Assembly: GCA_051003195.1 (NCBI GenBank)
Contig: JBPCLP010000011.1
Coordinates: forward strand, 118,515 to 182,514
Direction of reading: 5' to 3'
Length of the DNA stretch: 64,000 bases
Source of the DNA: Candidatus Sumerlaeaceae bacterium
GTDB lineage: Bacteria; Sumerlaeota; Sumerlaeia; Sumerlaeales; Sumerlaeaceae
Position numbers and translations under genes: made by a program. Shown in pieces: positions 51,917-64,000 of the stretch. The notes below the pieces were generated by a model, which saw only the letters and a program-made list of their open reading frames with translations, had not been told where the DNA came from and did not search any database. Numbering within the stretch: the first letter of the stretch is position 1; each line of letters opens with the position of its first letter.

Positions 51917-53629
51917 ATGACCCGCTTTGGAATAGTCTGCACGATTGTTTTGCTCGCAAACTTCGCTTCGGCTGGCACGTTTACAGGAAACGGCGGGCAG
52001 GGGCTTTCAAAAGTAGGTCCGCTGATAACCGACGATTATCCATCACTGGATGCCGCAGCCAAAGACTTCAGTTCGCGGATCGGCGGATCGACGGGTGACT
52101 GGACGCTGGAAATCACAACGACCAGTCTCGTGGAACCGAACAATATCGCATTCGGTAACGAAACAAACGGGTTCAAAGTTACGGTCAAACCCGCGGCGGG
52201 CCTCAATGTCGACGTGAAGTTCACCACGACAACTACGAATATTACAGGTGGTTTTACAGGAAACTGGCTGATTGGACTGAGCGGTATTACCAACCAGGCC
52301 GACATCATGACCACGACCAGTAATTTTACGATCGATGGGTCTAACAATGGGTCAGCTTCTCGAAACCTGACGATCAGCAACGTGGCGTTCACGAACAACA
52401 TTTCTCTCATCCGCGTGGTGGGAGGATGCCAGAACACCACGATTAAAAACTGCGTGCTGGTAAGCAGCACCACCGGCGCGAGCCAGACCTTTGACGTGGA
52501 ATTCACCTGCCGACGCACCACTGCGGGCTTCTCAAATATACCCTCGGGCTGTCATATCAGCAATTGCGATATGAGTATCGTCTCAGCGCCCGGCGCCAAT
52601 GCGCAGAACATCCTCTTCCGTCAGGCAAGCGTGGGCAATGTGCCCCCGGGCAGTGCAATGGATAATGCTACCATCACAAGCAACACGATCAAGGGCTACC
52701 GCCAGCCAATTAACCTGGGTTTCGTCTCCAACGCAACCGTCAGCGATAACATCCTGAGCACGACAATTCCGCTCGGTGATACCGCTCTTGTGGCCACGGG
52801 TCTTTCACACGGAGCGAATGCCACTTCGGGATGGACCGTGAACATCCTGCGCAACAGGTTCGTGAACTGGCAGACCGATGCGACTGCCCAGCGAGGCCTT
52901 GGACCGCAACTGGATCTCAGCGGCGGCATCGTGGCGCCGCAAACCGGCACCTATAACGTTTTTAATGACTTTTCCACCGGTTATAACTACAACAACGCTA
53001 CTGCAGTCACCGGAACCCTCGGCAGCTACAAGGCTGTGCAGGTGAGCGGTACAAGCTGCACGGCTGCGGTAAAAATATACCACAATTCGTTCAACATGCC
53101 TAATATACCGCTGATGGCAAATGCCACGAAAGCGGACGTCTATAATGCAGTGGCAATTACAGCGACCGGATTTGCCGGAAGTGTCGACGTGAAGGACAAT
53201 ATTTTCCGCTATGAGCAGAACAATGGGGTGGTGTTTTACAGAAACAACAGCATCCTCCAGACGGGTACGTTCACGTCGAACTTCAATACGTTCTACCTGG
53301 CAAACGGCGCCACCATGGCCAGCTATCAGAACACGACCCTTACCCCAAATTATGCGGATCTGAGCGCATGGCAGGGCGCTGGATTCGACCTGAACAGTAA
53401 CATCAGCAACCCGACGGTGCCGGCGGCGCCGGGCCTTGGGAAATGGGCTTCCAGCACCGACCTGCATTTTGATTCCGACCCTGGTTCCGTCTACCTGGGC
53501 ACCGGCACGGGTGTACTTACCGATATTGATAATGAGGCGCGCAATGGTTCCGCGCCGGTCAAAGGGGCTGATGAGCTGCTGATAACGACTATAGTTACCG
53601 GCGCCCGGGATTGGGAGCTATTCGAGTAG
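51917..53629 (+). CDS. Secreted Asn/Thr-rich beta-helix-like protein with C-terminal GARDWELFE motif
   Basis: AGGAG SD, signal peptide (ASA-G), parallel beta-helix-like repeats (I.NC.., I..N.F), DIDNEAR..GADE tail. Confidence 0.75.
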   Translation: MTRFGIVCTIVLLANFASAGTFTGNGGQGLSKVGPLITDDYPSLDAAAKDFSSRIGGSTGDWTLEITTTSLVEPNNIAFGNETNGFKVTVKPAAGLNVDVKFTTTTTNITGGFTGNWLIGLSGITNQADIMTTTSNFTIDGSNNGSASRNLTISNVAFTNNISLIRVVGGCQNTTIKNCVLVSSTTGASQTFDVEFTCRRTTAGFSNIPSGCHISNCDMSIVSAPGANAQNILFRQASVGNVPPGSAMDNATITSNTIKGYRQPINLGFVSNATVSDNILSTTIPLGDTALVATGLSHGANATSGWTVNILRNRFVNWQTDATAQRGLGPQLDLSGGIVAPQTGTYNVFNDFSTGYNYNNATAVTGTLGSYKAVQVSGTSCTAAVKIYHNSFNMPNIPLMANATKADVYNAVAITATGFAGSVDVKDNIFRYEQNNGVVFYRNNSILQTGTFTSNFNTFYLANGATMASYQNTTLTPNYADLSAWQGAGFDLNSNISNPTVPAAPGLGKWASSTDLHFDSDPGSVYLGTGTGVLTDIDNEARNGSAPVKGADELLITTIVTGARDWELFE

Positions 53630-53706
53630 ACCCACAGTTATAACCGACCGGAGTGGCAGGAGTTTTGCCCATACGTGCGTCACCATGTACGTAAAGCCGT
53701 CCACGT

Positions 53707-54495
53707 GTGAACACTGAGCAACGCGTCAAAAGCTGGTCCGAGTTGAACGACCTGCTTTTCGGCAACATTTACGACAATAGACTCGGCAGGCATCGCTCGT
53801 CGTTTGCCTACCGCGGACTTTGCCGGCCCTTTGAAGAACTCCGCACGTCCATCATGGGCCTTGGCCAGGATCCGGGGGACATTGAATCACATCTGCTGCG
53901 CAACTTTCGAAAATATGCGCGGCGCGACGCGGTGGCCGTTGACACGGTTTGGGACTGGCTGGCCCTGGCCCAGCATCATGGTGTCCCCACACGGATGCTG
54001 GACTGGTCGTTTTCTCCGGACGTGGCACTGCACTTTGCCACGGCAGACACCAGGGACTTTAGCGAGGACGGCGTGGTGTGGTGCGTCGACTACGCGAAAT
54101 CGAAAGAGCATCTACCGTCGATATTGAAGAAGGCGTTGCAAGACGAAGGTTCGGATGTATTTACCGCGGAGCTGTTGAACCGCGTCGCACAGGACCTGGG
54201 GGAACTGGAGAAGCTGGACAAAAAAGCATTTCCCGTCTTTCTCGAGCCACCGTCGCTCGATGATCGCATCGTGAACCAGAGCGCACTTTTCTCCCTGATG
54301 TCGCGTGCGGGTACGACGCTGCATGAGTGGCTGAAAGACCGGCCGGAACTGTGCCGTCGGATTGTGCTTCCGGCCGAACTGAAATGGGAAGTGCGCGACA
54401 AGCTCGACCAGGCCGGCGTAACAGAGCGCGTCCTGTTCCCGGGGCTGGATGGCTTGAGCCGCTGGCTGAAACGCTACTACAGTGTGCGCAAGTAG
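53707..54495 (+). CDS. FRG-domain protein
   Basis: AYRG, LAQHHGVPTRMLDWS..ALHFA, RIVNQSALF, LFPGLDG. Confidence 0.92.
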   Translation: MNTEQRVKSWSELNDLLFGNIYDNRLGRHRSSFAYRGLCRPFEELRTSIMGLGQDPGDIESHLLRNFRKYARRDAVAVDTVWDWLALAQHHGVPTRMLDWSFSPDVALHFATADTRDFSEDGVVWCVDYAKSKEHLPSILKKALQDEGSDVFTAELLNRVAQDLGELEKLDKKAFPVFLEPPSLDDRIVNQSALFSLMSRAGTTLHEWLKDRPELCRRIVLPAELKWEVRDKLDQAGVTERVLFPGLDGLSRWLKRYYSVRK

Positions 54496-54504
54496 CGCAC
54501 GAAT

Positions 54505-55803
54505 TCAGAGTTTCTCGCTCGTCTCGGCCTTCAGCACGTCATCGAGAGTTTCGCGTCGGCTGATGAGTGTCAGCCCGCCATCATTTTCCAGCCACACCTG
54601 CGGCGCGCGACCAATCGAGTTGTAGTTGCTGGCCATCGCGTAACCGTACGCTCCCCCATCGTGGAGGCAAAGTAGGTCACCGGGCTCGGGCATTGGAAGC
54701 GGACGCGGCGCCAGCAGCTCACTCGCGTCGCGCGTAAACACGTCGCCCGATTCACAAAGTGGTCCTGCCACAACCACGGGTTGCAGTGCTTCTCCCTCGC
54801 GCCCGGGAATCGCAATGCGGTGATAGCTGCCGTACATTGCCGGCCGCAACAGGTCCACAAACCCGGCGTCTACCATCGCAAACGTCTGTCCCACTCCCTT
54901 CTCATTGCTTTCGGTCGTCTTTACGTCCGCGACCCGCGCCACCAGCGTTCCCATCGGCGCGACATAGTAGCGACCCGGTTCGATTTCGATCCGCAGCTCC
55001 CTGCCCGCGCCATCCGAGAGTGTTTTGCGTGCTTCTGCAAACATGGGACCCAGTGGCGCAGTATCTACATCGGGGCGGTCGTCACGATAATTATGCGGGA
55101 TGCCACCACCCAGGCTGAATCCTTCGAGGTCGGGAAACTTCGGCGCAAGCTCAGCGAATTCTTCGGCAAGTCGGCTGAGATTCGCAACGAGCTCGGCCAT
55201 CTGCGGGCCGCTCCCGATGTGCGCATGCAACACGGTCACTCTCATTCCAGCCTTGCGCGCTGCGTCCGCGGTTTCGTGCGCGTGCGTCCACCAGATTCCG
55301 TGCTTCGAACTGGGACCACCGGTATCGCACGAGTTAACATGGCCATGCCCAAAGCCCGGGTTCAGCCGCATCGCGATCGGACCCTTATATCCGGCGCGTT
55401 CGAGCTCCCGGATCTGCCCCGGGCTGCCGATGTTAATCAGGAGCCCATGCTCCTTGATTACCTGCAGTGCATTATCCCTGAAAACGTCGGCTGTCAGAAG
55501 CACCTCGGGTGGGTTATTGCCCGGATTGTACCCCGCGTTGATCGCGCGCAGGCATTCGTTGCCGCTCACCGCATCGATCCACACATTGTGAGCACGCATT
55601 TCCTGCAGCACTCGCGTGGCACTGCACGCTTTCATGGCGTAGCGCGGCTGAATGTTCGCCGCCTCGCAGATGGAAATTACCTCGCGGATACGGGCACGCA
55701 AAACCGAAGCATCATAAAGCCAGAATGGCGTCCCGACTTTTGCAGCGATGGACTCGAGCAGCGCTTTATCGTGTGTCGGTCTGGAAGTGCGGGTAGCGGT
55801 CAT
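54505..55803 (-). CDS. lysA: Diaminopimelate decarboxylase
   Basis: YAMKA PLP-lysine, HIGSG, LGGG, EPGRY, GPLCESGD, GAYG..MASNYNS. Confidence 0.95.
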   Translation of the reverse strand: MTATRTSRPTHDKALLESIAAKVGTPFWLYDASVLRARIREVISICEAANIQPRYAMKACSATRVLQEMRAHNVWIDAVSGNECLRAINAGYNPGNNPPEVLLTADVFRDNALQVIKEHGLLINIGSPGQIRELERAGYKGPIAMRLNPGFGHGHVNSCDTGGPSSKHGIWWTHAHETADAARKAGMRVTVLHAHIGSGPQMAELVANLSRLAEEFAELAPKFPDLEGFSLGGGIPHNYRDDRPDVDTAPLGPMFAEARKTLSDGAGRELRIEIEPGRYYVAPMGTLVARVADVKTTESNEKGVGQTFAMVDAGFVDLLRPAMYGSYHRIAIPGREGEALQPVVVAGPLCESGDVFTRDASELLAPRPLPMPEPGDLLCLHDGGAYGYAMASNYNSIGRAPQVWLENDGGLTLISRRETLDDVLKAETSEKL

Positions 55804-55894
55804 TTGGAGTGCCGTTGTAGGTCCGGCCCGTAGTGTGTCAAATGGCTATTAGCGTTTGCATTGGCAGATGGCGGCCGTGGGGGAAATCCATGAA

Positions 55895-56506
55895 TCAGGA
55901 GCTCATTTCTTCGGGGACCCCCAGGATGGCAGCCTTACCGCCGGAGTTCGCCCACAGTGCCTGCTCCACACGCGCGGGAGTCCAGTCGTCGCCCAATTTT
56001 TCCGCACGTCCACGCAACTGCCCGGCGTACCAGGCGTAATACCGCAGATTAAAGGTAACCGCCTCCGCCTGCGGAATCTGCGCCGCCACAAGTTCATCGA
56101 AGAACGGGTAAACAACGGGGTGGTGCGCGGCGACCACTGCCGAGGCCGTCGCGGGTCCCACCCCTGCGAGCGTGGATAGCAGCTTAACAGGCGCTGTGCG
56201 GTCAGGCACCGCCGCGAATGCTTCCGTGCTCACGCGCTGCACTGCCTCTGGCGCGTTTCCTCGCACCAGCACAAGGTTCCGTTGTCGCCACACGCCGCGC
56301 GCCATTTTCCACTCGGTAATCCGGACGAGTTCGTCGAGCGTTACGTAAGCAACCTTGCGCGACGCAAGTATCGCCGGAAGCTCGTTGCGATACCACTGGT
56401 CCAGCTCGGGCAGTCGCCGAACACCCTGCGCTTCGACAACACTGGAATAAGATCGCAGAACCTCAGCCCAACGCTCCGCGGATGGATCCGCCCATAGAGT
56501 CTTCAT
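55895..56506 (-). CDS. HhH DNA-glycosylase-like protein (Amun-like family)
   Basis: LDQWY..ELP, ELV...WKM.RG, L..LAGVGPATASA HhH motif. Confidence 0.6.
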   Translation of the reverse strand: MKTLWADPSAERWAEVLRSYSSVVEAQGVRRLPELDQWYRNELPAILASRKVAYVTLDELVRITEWKMARGVWRQRNLVLVRGNAPEAVQRVSTEAFAAVPDRTAPVKLLSTLAGVGPATASAVVAAHHPVVYPFFDELVAAQIPQAEAVTFNLRYYAWYAGQLRGRAEKLGDDWTPARVEQALWANSGGKAAILGVPEEMSS

Positions 56507-56697
56507 ACCTGTTCAAATTGTGGGGAGAGCAACCTGCCGTGCAAGTTCGCATTGCTGGGGCTTCACGTGGGAACATATTGTTCTCGGATGGAAATCACGG
56601 CACCAACACGAAGACTAACGTATGAAGTCTAAATCGTCTGCGGTTATTTAACGTTCGGTCAGCGAAAATCCCAGCGGGAATAAGGCAGATAGAATGT

Positions 56698-56713
56698 ATG
56701 CATCTATATGCAT
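56698..56713 (+). promoter_or_regulatory. Palindromic putative antitoxin operator
   Basis: ATGCAT-CTAT-ATGCAT overlapping the vapB-like start codon. Confidence 0.5.
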
Positions 56714-56909
56714 GAGAACTACCCTCAACATCGATGACGAACTTCTACAGCTCGCGAGTCGCTACACCGGCGAAACGAAAAAAACCAAGCTCGTCCGAAT
56801 GGGACTGGAAGCACTGGTCGAACGCGCCGCGGCTCGGCGGCTGGCCGCGTTAGGCGGTACGGACAAGCAGGCAGCTGCAGGTAGGAGAATGCGGTCAGCC
56901 GCAGATTGA
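56712..56909 (+). CDS. VapB-family type II antitoxin
   Basis: MRTTLNIDDELL..A...TG..KKTKLV..GLEALV.RAAARRLAALGG. Confidence 0.85.
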   Translation: MRTTLNIDDELLQLASRYTGETKKTKLVRMGLEALVERAAARRLAALGGTDKQAAAGRRMRSAAD

Positions 56910-57018
56910 GAGTACTTGCTACTCTTGCACTGGCCGCGACCACGCATCTGCATTGACTCTTGTCTTCGCACGTTGTGTGCATCAGGCTGACAGCAACTGC
57001 CGCAGCGGAGATTGCACG

Positions 57019-57687
57019 GTGCCAAAGAATTACATCCTTGTCGATTACGAGAACGTCCACCTGGCCGACCTCCCTGCCCTGGCACAGCCGGAACTGTTCT
57101 TTATGAAGCTCTTCCTCGGGCCCGCTCATACTCGCCTGCCCGTCACGCTCGTTAAGGCACTCCAGCAACTTGAGCCAAATGTGGAGTACATCGAGATCTC
57201 CAGTTCCGGTAAAAACGCGCTCGATTTTCATATCGCCTATCAAATTGGCCGACTCGCCCAGCAGGAGCCAAAGGCCTTCTTCCACATCATCACGAAGGAT
57301 AAAGGATTTGATCCGCTCATTGAGACGCTCCGTGCGCAAAAGCTCCACGTTTACCGTTGCCCCAGCCTGGCCGATATTCCCTGCCTGAAACCGAAACCGG
57401 CACCGGCCACGAAGGCGCCTGTTGCGCCGGCGCCAAAGCGCGCAGCCGTGGCAAAGAAGAAGGGCGCCGCAATCACCGCACCGGCCATAGATGTTGAGCC
57501 GGCCCTGGGATGCCTGACAAAACTGAAGAAGAACCGGCCGCGTACCATTCAGAAGCTAACCAGCAGCCTGTTAACCCACCTTAAGTCTCGCCACACGGCT
57601 CCGCAGATCGATCAAATGATCGCCTCGCTGATTCAGAAAAAGCTCGTCGAGTGCGACGCTAAGGACAAGCTGACATACAACTTGTAG
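57019..57687 (+). CDS. PIN/NYN-like domain protein with C-terminal winged-helix-like domain
   Basis: ILVDYENV, GKNALDFHIAY, ITKDKGFDPL; K/A/P linker; RPRT..KL tail; GTG start with GGAG. Confidence 0.85.
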   Translation: MPKNYILVDYENVHLADLPALAQPELFFMKLFLGPAHTRLPVTLVKALQQLEPNVEYIEISSSGKNALDFHIAYQIGRLAQQEPKAFFHIITKDKGFDPLIETLRAQKLHVYRCPSLADIPCLKPKPAPATKAPVAPAPKRAAVAKKKGAAITAPAIDVEPALGCLTKLKKNRPRTIQKLTSSLLTHLKSRHTAPQIDQMIASLIQKKLVECDAKDKLTYNL

Positions 57688-57791
57688 ATATCCTCCCTCA
57701 GGTTTTTCCCCTATGCTTATGTTCAGACCTGCTAAATAGCAGTGATTTTCTGTGACTAAATTCCGCGCAACCCAATAGACTAGCCTTTGGC

Positions 57792-57870
57792 CGGGCGGAT
57801 ACCCATTCGCCCCGTTGGACCGGAGCGTTCCAGTTGCTGTGCTTAGCACAAAAACTGCGTCAATGCTCCG
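57792..57870 (+). promoter_or_regulatory. Structured leader upstream of rpoC
   Basis: Hairpin GGGCGGAT/ATTCGCCC plus nested stems CGGAGCGTT/AATGCTCCG, CAGTT/AACTG, TGTGC/GCACA. Confidence 0.4.
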
Positions 57871-57998
57871 CCGACCCAGCGGACCCATAAGGCGGCATAG
57901 CGGGCTACTCTATAAATAAGCGTACAGGCCACCGTGCCTGCAATACGCAAAGCCGAGCTGCATGCATTTGCGCCGGCAAACACGAAGAGGGTACTACC

Positions 57999-62456
<4,458 letters not shown>

Positions 62457-62492
62457 CCAACTCGCAGCACCGAACCACATAACCAAACCACT

Positions 62493-62529
62493 CCCCCGGA
62501 CGGGCAAACCGTCCGGGGGTTTTCTTTTC
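62493..62529 (+). terminator. Rho-independent terminator of rpoC
   Basis: CCCCCGGACGG-GCAAA-CCGTCCGGGGG followed by TTTTCTTTT. Confidence 0.9.
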
Positions 62530-62651
62530 CGGACCCGAAGTTCGCGGCCTCCACACCGGCTGGCACGTATGTCGCAATCAAATAAGCTTCGATGTCACCA
62601 GCAGCAGGGCAGCATTATCTAAATAGAGTGATATCAAGAAAGGACTTTAAC

Positions 62652-62924
62652 ATGAATCGCACGCTAACGGCGCTTTTGGCCTCCTTCACGGCCGTGATGT
62701 TCAGCGCATGTTCGGTGGAGAAAACGCAGGAAGGCGAAATGCCCAAGGTCAAGGTCGAGGGCGGCCAGGTACCCAAGTACGACGTAAAAACCGCCGACGT
62801 CGACGTCAAGGCCACCACCACCACTGTTACTGTACCCGACATTGACGTGAGCACGAAGGAAAAGACCATCAAGGTGCCGGATGTCGATGTTACAATGCCC
62901 AAAGACAAACCGACAAACCCCTGA
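62652..62924 (+). CDS. Small lipoprotein
   Basis: AAGGA SD, lipobox FSA-C, V/K/D/T-rich body with repeated VPD(I/V)DV. Confidence 0.8.
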   Translation: MNRTLTALLASFTAVMFSACSVEKTQEGEMPKVKVEGGQVPKYDVKTADVDVKATTTTVTVPDIDVSTKEKTIKVPDVDVTMPKDKPTNP

Positions 62925-62948
62925 CGCGAACCCGCGACACATATCCAT

Positions 62949-62998
62949 GGCCGCCCTGGTGTGGTAACGAACTACTGATTCGGCACACCAGGGCGGCC
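62949..62998. repeat. Short internally deleted MITE-family copy forming a long hairpin (possible terminator)
   Basis: GGCCGCCCTGGTGTG...GAACTACTGATTCGGCACACCAGGGCGGCC followed by T-rich tract. Confidence 0.7.
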
Positions 62999-63037
62999 GT
63001 TTTCTTTTCCACTCCATGACCATACTGTAATGAACCC

Positions 63038-63931
63038 TTGCGTGCCAGGGATCGCCGCGCTTCAATCGATCATCCTTTCGCCCCGAGGCGCCCCTTGAAA
63101 CTATCCCGCCACCTCTACCTTCCGCTCATGCTGCTGATGCTGCACGGCGCGGCGGGCGCACAAGACATCCAGGTCTGCACCTCGTCCAATATCAATGTCG
63201 GCGACGGCGACACCTCCAGCGAATACCAGCTCACCAAATTCGGCACGGTGCTCGTCGGCCAGTCCCGCATCCGCACCTTCGTCCTGCGCAACACCGACCC
63301 CGTCACCACGCTCGTCATCAATAACCTTTACGTGTTCGACCCCACCGATTTCGGTGTCGACCTTACTTTCACTGCCCTTAGCGTTCCGCCCGACAGCCAG
63401 ACCAGTTTCGACATCGCATTTCACCCGCAGTCGGCCGGGCTGCTCATCGCATTTGTTTTGATCGAGAGTAACGACCCCGGCTCCGAGAGCGTCTACGCAA
63501 TTGAGGTTTCGGGCGAGGGCCAGGCCGCACCACCGCTGCCCGCACAACCCAACCTGGATGTGCGCCTCAGCAGACCCGCCAAATTTAAGCTGAACAAAAG
63601 AACCGGCTTGGTTGACGCCAAAATGAAGGTCGATCTCCTCAACGTCGGCAACGCGGATTCGACTACTCCCACCATCACCGTCATCGGGTCCAACTCCGAA
63701 GTCCTGCGGGTGGTCGGCAAAAGCAATTCGGTCATTGGCGTGCAATACCTCGTCAAGCCGCTGGCCGCCGCCACTGCAACCAGGGTGAAGAAGAAAAAGG
63801 TGAACGTAAAGCTGACGGGTCTGGAAAACACCAACACGTATTTCTGGATCCTTGCCGACAGCACCGGTGCGGGGGACATGGATTACTCGGACAACGTCAC
63901 CATCGACGGCTTCCTCACGCTCACGCCATAG
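63038..63931 (+). CDS. Secreted Ig-like protein (ASH/choice-of-anchor D domain plus CARDB-like domain)
   Basis: FGTVLVG..RTFVLRN..F.IAFHP..IESNDP..VSGEG; second domain NVGNADS...DYSDN; true start likely ~63095-63130. Confidence 0.65.
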   Translation: MRARDRRASIDHPFAPRRPLKLSRHLYLPLMLLMLHGAAGAQDIQVCTSSNINVGDGDTSSEYQLTKFGTVLVGQSRIRTFVLRNTDPVTTLVINNLYVFDPTDFGVDLTFTALSVPPDSQTSFDIAFHPQSAGLLIAFVLIESNDPGSESVYAIEVSGEGQAAPPLPAQPNLDVRLSRPAKFKLNKRTGLVDAKMKVDLLNVGNADSTTPTITVIGSNSEVLRVVGKSNSVIGVQYLVKPLAAATATRVKKKKVNVKLTGLENTNTYFWILADSTGAGDMDYSDNVTIDGFLTLTP

Positions 63932-64000
63932 TGTGCCGAATCAATAGTTCCTGACCAGACCAAAGGGCAGACTCGACCTCGATTCGGCACACAGAACAGA
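63932..64000 (+). mobile_element. MITE-like element copy (truncated by window end)
   Basis: Starts right after the TAG stop: TGTGCCGAATCAATAGTTCC..CCAGACCAAAGGGCA..GATTCGGCACACAGAAC. Confidence 0.75.

Noticed and set aside
56600..56660. attC-like site before vapB (CCAAC/CTAAC...GTTCGGT)
   Set aside because: Internal complementarity is too weak to support by eye and it is a single instance; IntegronFinder would decide

Overview
Bacterial chromosomal window of moderately high GC from a diderm organism (lpxI, lnt, O-antigen ligase). The lineage is tentatively Ca. Sumerlaeota/BRC1-like, inferred only from a C-terminal 'ARDWELFE' motif and gene style. It is mostly scattered housekeeping genes (hisD, M3 peptidase, rpoN, glyA, rpiB, ptsI, lpxI, argG, murB, panE, purA, lnt, folD, hemC, lysA, rpoC) plus tRNA-Lys(CUU) and tRNA-Cys(GCA). 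Notable non-core content: (1) an ~8 kb, partly lower-GC, co-oriented candidate defence island (MmeI-like Type IIL R-M, HEPN protein, PIN-like protein, ParB-like protein, membrane Mrr nuclease, small Zn-finger) bracketed in inverted orientation by copies of an unnamed covarying hairpin element; (2) a RAYT transposase with a 4x92-bp REP array; (3) a ~90-bp MITE-like family with YTAG flanks that sits on TAG stop codons; (4) a higher-order dual-hairpin tandem array at 7.1-7.7 kb; (5) an rpoC that is separated from rpoB, has a structured leader and apparently starts at a non-canonical AUC codon with a Lys/Ala-rich N-terminal extension; (6) an unannotated 47-aa Cys/Pro-rich lipoprotein. No CRISPR array, integrase or prophage was seen. 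All family calls come from reading motifs by eye; no searches were run.
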